Virus record (IMG/VR): IMGVR_UViG_3300043436_004687
Location: 248,001-312,000 of that record
Reading direction: 5' to 3' (one strand)
Length of the DNA: 64,000 bases
Under the pieces are notes generated by a model that made no database searches, was not told the origin of the DNA, and worked only from the letters and a program-made list of their open reading frames with translations. Numbering within the stretch: position 1 is the first letter of the stretch; every line of letters begins with the position of its first letter. Made by a program: the position numbers and the translations under genes. Positions 22,333 through 35,400 of this stretch are shown here, piece by piece.

Positions 22333-25300
22333 TTATTTTATTAACCTCTGTCGTTTCAATTCATTTTCCACTTCTCGCCAATGAATTTTCATCTCTCTAA
22401 TTGTGGTCATATATTTTTGGGCATAAGCACCCATTGTTTCACTAGGAATTGGTCGTTTACTTGGTCTATCATCTGTATAATCATATTTTAATATACAATT
22501 CTTTTCATATTCTAATAATGCTTGAAATGCCCTTCTACTTTTCTCCCATGAAATATAACATTCCTCAGAACAAACTGGAACATCTACGGGCATACCCATA
22601 CACCCACAATCTCTTCCAGAACAACACAAGTGAACTTCGATTCCAATATTACAATTTAAACAATAACCCACATCCATTATTTTATATTTTCAAGAGGGTA
22701 AGCATTTAATATAGTACTTTTTACGACAATAGCATCACGTGTTCCATCAAAATCATCATAACTAACATTAGCTTTTGCTTTATTGGAAGCTTCTTTTAAT
22801 GCAGCTTTTACATGCATGGTAGCGAATTCTAACATCAATTGTTTATTAGATTTTTCTTTTCCATTAATTTGTCCACACCAATGTAAATCAATATACTTTT
22901 CTAAGGTAATAAACTTTTTAAAAGTATTGGGCATATCATCATATATTTTTGAGTAATGATTATAAATCAATTCATCTGCTGTTGGTAATTTATCCATAAT
23001 AATTAAATTTTTTTACTGAAAAATGTTCTTGATTTATATAACCAAATTGTTGTAATACATCTAAATCTAACTTCCTTTGTTTATAACCAAATAAACTAAT
23101 GTGGTCAACTTGATCTATAAAATCTTTTGTTTTGATATTCAAACTATGCATAGTTATTGATCTATTTGGGGGTAAAAGATGATACCATAAAGTATAGTGC
23201 TTTTCAAAATCCAATCTACTATTAATAATTACTTTATGAATTAATTCTGGTTGTGGACAACTATAATTCATTTCAACCATAGGGTAAGTACACCTATCAG
23301 TTTTCAAAATCTCATATTCTATTATATCTCTTTCATTTCTAGAGAATCCTACTAATAAAGTTAATAATGGTTTTTTAATCATCTATTCAAATTCTTTAGG
23401 ACTAATACGGTATAATTCACAAATCCTTTCCTTTGTTAACCAATGCATATCTTTTATTCCATATTTAGTAATATCACTATTGTGAATTAACCATTTTAAA
23501 ACTTTAGCCTTATTGTCTAACTCATCTAAGCATTCTTGAATTGAATTCATTCTCCTATGAGATTCAACCTGGAAAATCAATTCATTAATCTTATCTTGAT
23601 GTTTACGTTCTGCTTTTAATAATCTGGTATATTCTTTATACATATCTTCAGCACGAAATACTGACCAGTCAATTTTTGAATAAACATCTTCACCAACTAT
23701 TTGAAAACCATTGTAAAATCTACCCATTACATGTCTTAAATCTGGAATAAATATATAATCATCTTTATCATATCCCCATTCTTTAAGAAACCAATAATAA
23801 TCTTGTATTTTATTGCAAATTACCGCTGTTTTATATCTTTTCATAAATCACTAATTATTAAATTACAATCTAAACACTCGACTATCCAACCTTCAGTTTC
23901 CCCAAATTGATTATAATACTTAATTCTAGATTTTCTATGAGTATGTAAACATTTTTTTTGTTTGTTTAGCAATTTATCATTTTCTGCTTTAGTTTCTAAA
24001 ATATTAATTATTGAATCAAATGTTTCTTGGATGTCAAAATTATTAAATTTTATTTGATTAACATTTTCTGGACACACTTCCTTTATTTTAGAACAAACTT
24101 GAAGCAATAAATTCCAATCAGAGTCAAAATTTAATTTATTTTTTAATTCGCAAGGAAAACCACCAGTATAAATTAAAAAAATATCTTTAACACCTTCATC
24201 AAAAATTGGTGATTTACCACCATCTAGTTTTAATTCTTTTTTTGAAAAACATCTTATATTTGAATATAATCCACCACAATATGAATAATCTGCTTCATAA
24301 TCATAAACGTAATGATAACCTAAAAAATCTAATATTAAATCATCTTTATAATCCATTATATAAATTTATTAAAAAATTTGATTAATTTTTTATCTGTTTT
24401 AGTTACATTACTACAATGTAAAATATATTTTCTAGTTTTAAAATCAGCTTTTAAATAGTTAGAAACTAATTTATTTATATCGTCTTGTTCAACAATAGAT
24501 AAATTACTATCTATTTTAGTGCATTCATAATTACTTAAATTTACAACCTTTTTAACCTTTACATCTACTTCCATTACGCATTCCAAACTTTAAATTTATA
24601 TAATCCTGATTTTGTTTTTTTACAAGAAACATGAAACGGAGTGTAAACATCACTTTCAATTTTAATACCATTATTTTTCTTTGTTTCTTCTAGTTTAATT
24701 ATAACATCTTGAAAACCACTAAAATCGTTTTTTTCATATGTTTTTGTTGAATATTTATCAATGTAAATATTAACAGCTGATAATTGAGCAGCAATATTAG
24801 TATTTTCGTTTAATTCTATATGTATTTTCATATTTTTATTTATTTAAAATTACACCCATTCCATTACAATGTTCACATTCAATAAATGGTTTATTTATTT
24901 CTTCCATTAGCTCATTTAAATATAAATCAACTTTTTCTTCTAAATCTTTTTGGTTTAACCCATTGATTGGTTTCTGAGTTGGATAATCAGTATACCCTTC
25001 TGGTGATGTTTGAAATATTTTAATTGACCTTGAGTTACGATATCTGGTTTCGTTTCTAGGTCTTCTTTTAGTACCCATAACAACAGAATATGGTATAGGT
25101 TCGTGAGAAATTACTTTTTCAACGGTTAAACAAAAATCATAATCAGAAGTAATTCTAGCATATTTTGGATCTATATTTAATTTAATGTGGTTTCTTATTA
25201 TTTTATAAAATTCTTTCCCAGAAATTGAACAAGGTCTTTCCATATGCAAAGCTGGGTGTGTTGCTAATGCATTTAATAAACTAGGTGTACTAATGTATTT

Positions 25301-26862
25301 AGGTTTTTCAACATAAAAATTATCTTCTTCAGATAATAGTTCTATTTCAAAACTAACCTCTTCTAATTTACCCTCAATTGTGTCTGATTTTAAAACATAT
25401 AATCCCCTAATATCTGAATCATAATCCATTTCATTAGATGGAATTACTTTAGGTGTTAATTCACTTTCTGGGAAACCCTCTTTTAATTCATATCTAAGAT
25501 TAGTGGTTTGATCAGCACTTTTAGTTTCTACTTTTTTAGGTAAATCCTTTATCCACCAAATACAAAATTGCCATTTAAAAAAGAAAAGATAAAACGCTGG
25601 TGACCATTCTTGCCTAGGTGAATTAAATTTGTCCTTCCAACCTAAACCAAGTTTCTTATAAACTATCGGATAACCTATCTCTAAATAATAATGATTTCCT
25701 AGTAATTTGAAAATTATATTTTTAGTTGTTTTACCCATTGGTAAATTTTTAAATTTTTTAGCATTTCTTAAATGGTCATTAGGCAATTTATCTAAATCCT
25801 CTTGAGATGTTAATTCTAATTTTCTGAATGTTATAATACTTCCATTAAAACTTCTAGGGTAAAAATAAGGTGTTCCATGGGTAATTTCACCTAAATAATA
25901 TTTTTTTATTGGTAATTTAAAAACACCTTTAATTTCTCTTATTAATTTTTTTATTTTCATTATATGTTTGTATTTATCACATTTACATCCAAATAAAAAT
26001 CTGAAAATATGTGAATTGTGTAAATTATTCTATTATTTGGTTTACCTATACTTTTTTCAGTTTTAAAAATTCTCTCATCTGGTTTGGTTAAACAATCCTC
26101 TAAAGCTAAAATCATATCTTCAACTGGTTTAGCATCTTCAGTCCATGCCATTGCCATAATATCCATATCACTTGAAAGGCTACCATGCAAACCTAAAGCC
26201 CAACCACAATCTAATGCGGCTTTTCTAAAATCTTCCCACAAGCAAGCGTAAAATACAGCTCTACCATTTGTGATTACATGTTCTCTACTTTTCATAAATT
26301 AATTCAACTAATTGACCATCTTTCTTCACCCAATAATTATGGTTTTTTATTTTTATAATAAATCTAGTAGAAGCCTCAGTCCTTAAACTTAATTTATCAG
26401 ATATTAAAGGTATTTCAAATTCTTTAGTTTCTTTAATATTTCCAGTAGGATCAACCTTACATATTGTTGCTATCATTTAAGTAATTTTTCATAATTTTAT
26501 TAAAAATTTAATAAAATTATGAAAACTCGATTCTTCAATAATTTTATTACTCTCATTTAAATAAAAATTGGTTCTTATTGTAAAACTACTATTTGTAATG
26601 TTTTTACTTATTACTAGTAATTTATTTTCAATTCTAAGATTAATCATATCATTTAATTATTTTTATTTCTTAAAATATAAGGCAATCTTATTAAACTCCA
26701 AAATACTACCCATATGATAAAAGCATAATAATTATTTTCAACATATGTTAAATATTGTACAAACAATAGACTCCCAAAAATAAAAAATAAGAAGATTAAA
26801 TCTCTTTTTATGGCTGGGAGTTTATCATACCATTTATTTAATTTAAATAAATGTTTAGTCAT
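22333..26862 (-). other. Cluster of short hypothetical genes including the chimeric 24836-25960 ORF
   Basis: Densely packed co-oriented ORFs without recognised function. Confidence 0.65.
25960..26295 (-). CDS. Minimal nucleotidyltransferase-like protein
   Basis: LGLHGSLSSDMDIMAMAW resembles the GS...DxD motif. Confidence 0.5.
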   Translation of the reverse strand: MKSREHVITNGRAVFYACLWEDFRKAALDCGWALGLHGSLSSDMDIMAMAWTEDAKPVEDMILALEDCLTKPDERIFKTEKSIGKPNNRIIYTIHIFSDFYLDVNVINTNI

Positions 26863-27026
26863 GACACTTGATCAATTTTTCTAATTTACTAATATGTTTG
26901 ATAGTAACGTTATATGCATGTGTTAATACAGTGGCATGTCCATGCAATTTTGTAGCATTTATCATTTTACTTCTCTTATAATTTTCTTCTTTCAATTCAT
27001 TTATTAGTTCTCTAACACAATTTTCG

Positions 27027-28337
27027 CTAATTGTTTTCATCTTGATTATCTTCGATATTAGTAATCTCTTGCTCTTGTTCTTCAGATTCCATCAATAAGA
27101 ATTTTTTAGATTTTAATTTATATGCTTCATATTGTTCCAACCTATCGATTCTTAAAATAATCCCTTCTTCTGGAACTTTATTTTTACACATATAACAATT
27201 TTTCTCATTATAATCTTCTTCCAACTTAGATAAGAAATTCTCTCTCCAATGATTATTCAAATCTAAATGTGGGTACAAATCTTTAGCGTAACCATAATAC
27301 ATAAGGGTGTCTTTAAATAATAAACCCACTTTTTCACAAAATTCTTCAATTTGTTTTGTAGATAGGAAAATAACTTTACCATCTTCATTCACAACTGATA
27401 TTTTGTAAACGTAAAATTTGTGTTCTCCTGGTGAACAACCATAATCAAATTTTCCTTGTATAGGGCTTCCAGATGGTGTAAACCCAAGTATTTCACCATA
27501 TAATGTAAAACCTTTAGGGATTAAATGCCCAACCTCTTTAGCCACTACACCCCAAACATCCTCACCGTAAAAACCCTCGCCTTGAGTTGGATTTAAATAA
27601 CCATTTTTAATTACTTTTCTTGATGAATATACAATATCGAATTTAGTTTCATCTAATTTAACTTTAAATTTCTTCAATATTTTTTCAAACCAAGTTAATT
27701 CTCTTTTAACTTTAACATTTCCAATAACAATTGAGGTTCCATGTTTTTTATAAGAAATTTCAATTAAATCATTTGGATTTAATTTGTGGATTTCCTTTCT
27801 TAAATTTGAAGTATCGTTATGTAAATAGAATTGATTATCAACTAATCTACTAATTTTAACTGATTGTTGCCCCTTATTTTTAGAACTAGATTCTTTAATA
27901 GGTACAATATACTTTTCACAAATACTAATATTATCAATATCCGTAAATTGATCCCCCACTTTTAAAGAAGTAACATTAGTTACCAATGAAAATAAACTAT
28001 CTAAAGGCATTAGCATACCATTAGATATAACACCTCTTAATTTTAAAGCTTTTACACGCTTTTGTCTAAATGAAATAAAACCTTTTTTCTCAACATCTAA
28101 ATTTTCTTCTGGTTTATCATATAAATTATTATTTTTACAATAATCGGCTGATAATTTAGTTCCAGCAACAAAATATAACATAATAGAACCCACTTCAGTA
28201 GTTTTTGGTACTACAACATTATTCCCATCGACCACAACCCTACAAATTGCATCAGCGTTTTCAATATCAAATTTTTCTTTAATTTCAACTACTGAACAAG
28301 CATAGTTAGTTGATGATTCTTTAATAGTTAATTTCAT
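27027..28337 (-). CDS. ATP-dependent RNA ligase with an N-terminal OB/tRNA-binding-like domain
   Basis: Motif I KKHGTS, III YGEILG, IIIa FYVYKI, IV EEGIILR, V YKLKS; N-terminal VKALKLRGVISNGML. Confidence 0.85.
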   Translation of the reverse strand: MKLTIKESSTNYACSVVEIKEKFDIENADAICRVVVDGNNVVVPKTTEVGSIMLYFVAGTKLSADYCKNNNLYDKPEENLDVEKKGFISFRQKRVKALKLRGVISNGMLMPLDSLFSLVTNVTSLKVGDQFTDIDNISICEKYIVPIKESSSKNKGQQSVKISRLVDNQFYLHNDTSNLRKEIHKLNPNDLIEISYKKHGTSIVIGNVKVKRELTWFEKILKKFKVKLDETKFDIVYSSRKVIKNGYLNPTQGEGFYGEDVWGVVAKEVGHLIPKGFTLYGEILGFTPSGSPIQGKFDYGCSPGEHKFYVYKISVVNEDGKVIFLSTKQIEEFCEKVGLLFKDTLMYYGYAKDLYPHLDLNNHWRENFLSKLEEDYNEKNCYMCKNKVPEEGIILRIDRLEQYEAYKLKSKKFLLMESEEQEQEITNIEDNQDENN

Positions 28338-29262
28338 AATAGTATTTTTTATTAATTAAGATTACAAAGATAGAAATAATAAATTAAATAAACAAATTAT
28401 TTTTTCTTTTTATTTAAACTTTTTCTTTGTACGTTTTTCATTGCGTCAGCAACTTCTTTATTTTGTTTAATTAAATCTGCGATTAAACCGTCAAATTTAA
28501 CAAGGGTGGGTGTATCTAATGTTGATATGGCATTCATGCTTCTAAGGTCATTTAAATCTATTAAAATACCCGATTTTGGTTCTTCTTCCTTATGAACAAT
28601 ACTAATTGATGGTTCTTCTTTAATAATTTCCTCATAACCACTTAATTGGTTATACAATTCTTTAATATTTATTGAAACTTCACCAGATTTCATACCTTTT
28701 AATTTAAATTTAATAGATTGGTCTTCTGAAAGTGTGACAATTATTTCTCTACCATCAATAATTTCAGAACTTTCTCTAATTAAATCTTTATCTAATTTAG
28801 TGGCCATATTTATTATTTTGAGTTTTTGCTAATAAAATCATTATAATTTTTTTTATACATTTTTCTATAAAAGTTTTGTGGACCATAATCACAATATGTT
28901 CCACGAGTTCTTTTTAATATTTTAAATTCGCAAGGAACATTTTCTATGATATAATAATATATTTTATCGTTTTCTTTTGTTTTGGGAATACAATAAATCC
29001 TATCTAATGAATTAGCAACGCAAATCTTAATACCCGTTATTTCATGTAACTCTTCCATAGAAGAATCCATCGGCCCAAGCATATATTCTATTTCAAAATG
29101 TTCATCATATCCCTTATTTATTGAAAATTTTAACAAATTTTTATAAAATTCTAAATATTCCCCATAATCACCCCACATTAATTTAGCATTGTTTTTTGAA
29201 ATCTTTTTATAAGGGGTTATTTTAATAAATCGATGTGTTTTGCTAGTTATCATCATATTATT

Positions 29263-30213
29263 CTAATTTTTAAATCCAACTCTACTTGGGGTTTCATTAT
29301 TAGGTTCAATGTCCATTACTTTATCCAAAACCCATTGCTTCAATTCATCAATAGTCCAACCTTTCATCTTAGATATTTCACTAGAAAAATCATATTTCAT
29401 ATCTACTTTTTCTAAACTTTGATTTAAAAATCGAGTTATTAAGTTTTCATCTTCAAGACCCTTAACTTCAATAGAATATTTTACTCTACTAGGTCTTTCT
29501 TTAATAGTTTTTGGTATTTTGTTAATATAATTTGTGGTCATGAAAAACAAAGAATTGTCTATGGAATCAGTACCATCTAATATTCTTTTAAATTCGGTCT
29601 CATATGAATTTCTACTTTGGTTAAAAAATTCATCATATTCATCTAAAAATATAATTATTGGGTTTTTTTGAATTTTTCTAATGCTTACTATTAAACTCCA
29701 CCAAACCATAACATTATTTGTTGCAGTAATATTAAAAACAATTGCATTTTTATTTTTAACTGCTTCATTAAAATATTTTTTAAACATGGATGTTTTACCA
29801 GTTCCTTGTTTGCCATATAATATAATCCCTAATTTATGGTTGTAACCTAATTTTTTAACTTTGATCCTTATTTCTTTAGTAAAGAATTTTTCGTAAATAT
29901 TTTTGATTTTATCTTCATAATAAAACCCTAAATCATCATTAAATTGTTCTTTATCTAAACAAACACTTAAATCTGGCACATAATCACCATTTAAAACTTT
30001 AACACCTAAATTATAAACTTTGGGTTCTAATTTTTTAGTTGTGTATTTTGTTTCTAATATTGAAAAATCAATACTATCATTTTCAAGGTAATGAAACGAT
30101 TTTATATTAGTTGTGTTAGATTTACTTTTACTTTTACTTCTAACTTTAATTGGTTGGGGTTCTGGCATAACTTCTTCAGTTAAATTTATTTCTTCGTCTT
30201 CGTAATCTTCCAT
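29263..30213 (-). CDS. AAA+ ATPase
   Basis: Walker A GKQGTGKT, Walker B IIFLDEYDE, and an RPSR arginine finger. Confidence 0.85.
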   Translation of the reverse strand: MEDYEDEEINLTEEVMPEPQPIKVRSKSKSKSNTTNIKSFHYLENDSIDFSILETKYTTKKLEPKVYNLGVKVLNGDYVPDLSVCLDKEQFNDDLGFYYEDKIKNIYEKFFTKEIRIKVKKLGYNHKLGIILYGKQGTGKTSMFKKYFNEAVKNKNAIVFNITATNNVMVWWSLIVSIRKIQKNPIIIFLDEYDEFFNQSRNSYETEFKRILDGTDSIDNSLFFMTTNYINKIPKTIKERPSRVKYSIEVKGLEDENLITRFLNQSLEKVDMKYDFSSEISKMKGWTIDELKQWVLDKVMDIEPNNETPSRVGFKN

Positions 30214-30227
30214 ATTATTTTTGGGGG

Positions 30228-30560
30228 TTAATTATCAAATTTATTTCCAATTATTTCAATGTTTTTAAAAGAGTATAGTGGTCTATCGCCATTTACACTA
30301 GCACCAGATAATGGTGACCATTCTACTATATTAAAATCATCTAACCAATCATTGCTGTATATTTCAACATCATTTTTATCTTTTAAACCAACAAATATAC
30401 AAAGAGTATTTGGATTTACCTCATAAATTACATCAGAACCCTCTAATCTATCATAATATATTATAGCGCCTTTGATAACCCCTAAATGATTTTCTTCAAA
30501 ATAATGGCCAAAAACCCATTCATTGTTATCTACTCTTTTTGCTTTAAATTTTAAATTCAT
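30228..30560 (-). CDS. YopX-family phage protein
   Basis: KFKAKRVDNNEWVFG...GLKDKNDVEIYSND...EIIGNKFDN. Confidence 0.7.
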   Translation of the reverse strand: MNLKFKAKRVDNNEWVFGHYFEENHLGVIKGAIIYYDRLEGSDVIYEVNPNTLCIFVGLKDKNDVEIYSNDWLDDFNIVEWSPLSGASVNGDRPLYSFKNIEIIGNKFDN

Positions 30561-31328
30561 TATTTAAATTTGTATATGTAAATTGTATCTATTTCTTTTC
30601 CGTCCGTAGTTATTCTATAATCTGGCTTTACCAACTCTTTACTTTCGATTGTTGTGTCTGAAACCCATTTATAACCACTGTAAACAATAATTCCTATTAT
30701 CAAAATAATTGATAACATAAATCCTTTAAAAATAATATCTAAACCACTTCCTATTCCACTCATATAATTATAATTTAATCATTTTATTTAATATTAATAT
30801 CTTATTAGTTTCAAATTCTTCACTTGAAATTTCCTTTATTTCTAATTCATCTTGTTTCCACTCACCTTTAAAATATTCTTCAATTAAGGCACCTAAATAA
30901 TCTGTAATTTCTTCTTTAAATGAAACTAAATAATCATCATATGAATTCCGAACTTTTGTAATTTTTAAATTGACTTGATCATAAACTTCATTTTCAATTA
31001 TAACTTTATAAAATTCATAAGGTTCTTCATTTTTATAACCATAACTAAAGTAATAAATCCCATCATTTACTTCGATTTCTTCTGTTATAGTCTCAATTTT
31101 TTTTGTTTTAGTTAACTTCATATTATCCCTATTTGATTTAAAAATTAATCTATTTTACCTAAATAATATTCCTCTATGTCTGACATTTGTTTTAAATATC
31201 TCTTTTCTAGTTGTTTTATGCGACCAACTAAAGAAAACAAATCTTTATCATCTTCTCTTGGTATTTTTAAATCATCTAAATACATGTGAGCACATTCTAG
31301 TTCTTCTTTATAATAATCTTCCATAATT

Positions 31329-31802
31329 TTAATTTTTAATTTCGGCAAAAATATTGGTGGTATATTTATATGAGTTAGAAATACCCATAATATTCCATTT
31401 AGGGTTTTCTAAATTCTCCTTATGTGATGGGCTTTGTAACCAAGCATATAATGTGGCTTTTGGTGTTGAAAAATTAAAAGCTACGTTTTCACCCACTGAA
31501 TCTGCTTCTAAATTAGAAACTATTCTCTCACTTCTTTCCTCAAAATTATCGTGAGAGGGTTTATTATTTTTTTGCATGTAAGTATTATGTTCTAAACATA
31601 TTTTAGATATGTAGTTAGACAATTTGACTTCTTGAATATTTAAAGATTTGCGATATCTATTAACTTCATCAATAATCCCTAATTCAAAATCAGTGTAAAA
31701 AAAATTTACATAAGTATTTTCTTTTACCTTATTAATTTTCTTTTTCTTAATTAATAGAAAATAAACCAATAAAATTACTATTATTATAATTGCTAATTCC
31801 AT
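31329..31802 (-). CDS. CAP/SCP-domain protein with an N-terminal membrane anchor
   Basis: INEVNRYR-like segment, PSHDNF, GENVAF, AWLQSPSHKENL; hydrophobic N-terminus. Confidence 0.85.
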   Translation of the reverse strand: MELAIIIIVILLVYFLLIKKKKINKVKENTYVNFFYTDFELGIIDEVNRYRKSLNIQEVKLSNYISKICLEHNTYMQKNNKPSHDNFEERSERIVSNLEADSVGENVAFNFSTPKATLYAWLQSPSHKENLENPKWNIMGISNSYKYTTNIFAEIKN

Positions 31803-32156
31803 ATTTTTTAATTTTATTTACCATTATAATGATAAAATTTGTTAATATTTAATTGTTTTAACCATTATAATGGTTAAACCCTAATTTCTGTTGTAATGTA
31901 AGCATCTTTTATTTGATAACCCTCCCAATCAATTATTTCATTGATTTTATTAGTTTCTTCTTCTGAAATTTCAGAAACATATTGATATCCATCCCATTTT
32001 TTATCCCTATTAAATATTTTATTTAAGAATTCTCTGTCAATGATAGCATTTTCTTTATTATCATAAAATCTAGAGATAATGGTATTTCCATTATCGGCCC
32101 TACCCGTATTATATTTGTAAATTGGTATGTTTAATGAATAACTCATATCCTTTAAT

Positions 32157-32408
32157 TTAATTTTTTTCTACCCAAGCGGCAGCTGTTGAAGTTCCTTTCT
32201 CTACTATAGTCAAACCTTTATCTATTTGAACATAACAACCAGGATTAGCTTCAACCATTTCATCAAATTTCTTATCCGAAACTTTTAAAACTATAATATC
32301 ACAATCAATAGGGGTAACACCTAAATTTTTAACACTATGGGCTATTTGGCTTGCGACCTTCCCTTCTGGCATTTTCAAATTCTTCTTATATATTGCTTTT
32401 ATTCTCAT
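32157..32408 (-). CDS. Compact peptidyl-tRNA hydrolase, Pth2 family
   Basis: GKVASQIAH and DKGLT keep the Lys/Asp/Thr residues of Pth2; only 83 aa. Confidence 0.75.
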   Translation of the reverse strand: MRIKAIYKKNLKMPEGKVASQIAHSVKNLGVTPIDCDIIVLKVSDKKFDEMVEANPGCYVQIDKGLTIVEKGTSTAAAWVEKN

Positions 32409-35400
32409 TGTTTTAATGATTTTATGAATTTTTCAATTTCATCGTCTGATTTAGTTCCAATTATATTCCCATACATTGTATGATACTTATTAAAATCAAT
32501 CGCTTTTCTAATATCTTCTTCAGTGTAGAATATTTTTTTCTCGGTTTTAATTTTGGTGGGTTCTTCGTTGTAATTATAAGTGCAACTACATTGAACTATC
32601 CACATTCCACAATCTTCACAAACAGTACTCATTATAATAACATTTCATGGTTAGATAAAACTAATATAGTAAATGACCAATTTCCACCCCCTAAGATATC
32701 CACCTCACAACTACTTAAACCCTTTTCATTTAATTGTTTAATGTAAGAATCAATCCCTTTTTCTAAATCACCTTTATGCCATTCTTTACAAGAATCTATC
32801 TCCAGCTCATTTAAAAAATCTATTAAGTTTTCTTTTGCGGTTTCATCGTTAAATTCTAAATTTATTTTGTAATCGTAATTACGTTTAATTTTAAATCTAC
32901 TTGCATTAATAAATTTTGGAAATCCTAATTTAAAATCTCCATCAGTCTCTACTTTAATTTTTACTTTTATCATGATTTTAAATCTTCCTTTATAATTTTA
33001 ATACAATTTTTTATATCATAACTCATAGCTTGTATTTTTAAATCACCCGTTTTCTCATTATAAATTCCAATAGTGTAACCATCGTTTATCCCTTGACAAA
33101 TACTTATGGGGTGATTTAAATCAGCTGAAATTTTATTGAATAATTTTTCAAATTGTTTATAATCATCGTCAGTTATTTTTTCTGTTTTTTTGCTAAAAAA
33201 TCTTTTTAAATTCATAATTTATTTATTTTTATAGTTTTCCACTCATATTGCCAAAGACTCCAATATTCTTGATAGGTCCAACCATCATCAAACCATTTAT
33301 ACCTAGTCTTTATTTTACGTTGTTTTAACTTTACCTTACCATAAATTTCATTTGTAAAGTGAAATTTACCACCAAAGAAAGTTATGTATAATATACTAAA
33401 ACTAATTACTTCTCTATATTTATCCAATCTAATTTCTTGGAAATCGCTAACAAATGAATTAAATGGTGCTCTCATAATTAATAAATTTCTTGAATTAAAC
33501 GATCAATATTTAAAGGACAATTCCCTAAATGTTCTTTACCCACGAAAACGCCATTAAAATAATATGGGGTTTCTTTTTTTAAATCTTTATCGTATTTATA
33601 CTTGATTTCTTTTATTGTGAATTTTTGATTGGTTACCCATTTTGTTTGATAAGTTTTATTTATTTGAAAAGGTTTGTACCTAATTTCTTTCTTTTCTTTA
33701 CCTAAATGCTTCTCAACAATATTCATTAATTGTTGTGGTTGTAACTTAAAATCACCATGTTTATTTTTAGGAATTGCGATACATTGATTCCATATATCTC
33801 TTACTAATGCTTTCATAAATTTATTTATAAATAGGTTTAAAAAATTCTGGATTAGATAAGCAATTTAATATACTATAACCAACTGTTTCGTTTAAACTAA
33901 TCCCACCATCTCCAGATAATTCAATTATTTTACCTTTTCTACTAAAAGGTAAATTATTTACTATTTCAAAAGCAATTATTTCTTTCCCAGGATACCAAGG
34001 ATGTGGATAATAATTATCTAAGGTTTTACCCCACCATTTTCTTGTTCCACCATGTTCCATTCTTAAAAATTCATCCTCTAAGTCATCATCATTAAAATAT
34101 TCTACTAATTCGTAAAATTCAACTTCGGTTATCTGAACACCTTTTAAGTAATGCTTACACCCATCCTCAACAAATTCAAACAATTGAACCTCATTATTAT
34201 GGTTTAAAATAAAACCACTAGTACCACCATAAGAATTTAATTGTAATGGAGTGTCTGAATTTATTTCATAAAAAGATTTCCCACCAAATTTTATATATCC
34301 TAAACCAACATCTTTATAACGCTCACTAAGTTCTTTTAAATTTAACATATTTATTTATTTAATATATTATTCCTTACTAATTTATATAAGTTATGTTCTT
34401 TTCTCAAATGTTTATAAGTCCAATTATTTTCACCTAATTTCAAGTCATATATTATTCCTTTATGTTCAATTTCAATTGAATTAAACCCCTGATCAAATAA
34501 ATCAAAACTTATAAAATCTAAATTGGTTGTTGCAATCAAATCATAACCCATTTCAATTGCAATAGAAGTTTCATTATAATAATGATAAGGTGTTGGATAA
34601 TATTTTGATCGTTCTGTTAAAAATACTATTTTTCTAGGTGAATTCATATTTTTATTTAATTATTTCTTTTAATTCAGTGGATATTCTGCTATATTTATCT
34701 AAATACTCTTGATATTCTTCTTTACTGATTTTAAGCATTCCTCTTAAATCTTTTGTTGAAAAAGAATTTTCACATCTATTAGTATCAAACTCAACATCAA
34801 ATAAATGCCTATTTGAAAATGAAGTTTTCCTTCCTTCAAAATAATAAACAAGATTCCATTCAGTTGTTCTTTCATGTCTTATTAATTCCCTTAATTCAAA
34901 AACTTCTAATTCTTTTCCGAATAATGAATTTTTATCTAAACGCTTTAAATAAGTATTTTCAAACTCATTTTTAATGGTGTTTATTTCTTCTGTTTCTCTT
35001 TCTTTTTTAAGAATTTCATCTTGTTCAATTGCTTTCTTTAATTGTGCAATTGTTAAATTATCGCCATATTTTGATAAGTCTATGCATGTTTTCATTATAT
35101 TATTTTTTTAAATAACCATTTGTTTTAGCAAATCTTTCAACTATTACTTCTTCATCCTTTAATCTTTCAACATATGGTGGATTATGTACACCATTCACCA
35201 TACCATCACTAAACAATCTTATTGGATTTAATGTTTGCCAATGATTAAAAAAGCTTTCGTATTTTTCTTGTTCAGAAATTCTATCATTTTCTACATCAAC
35301 AAATAATTTATGTTTATATGGTTTATGTTGAACATAAAATTTATAATAAGTGTTATTATTAACCCAACTTATATCATTTTCAAACCAAACTCTAACTCTA

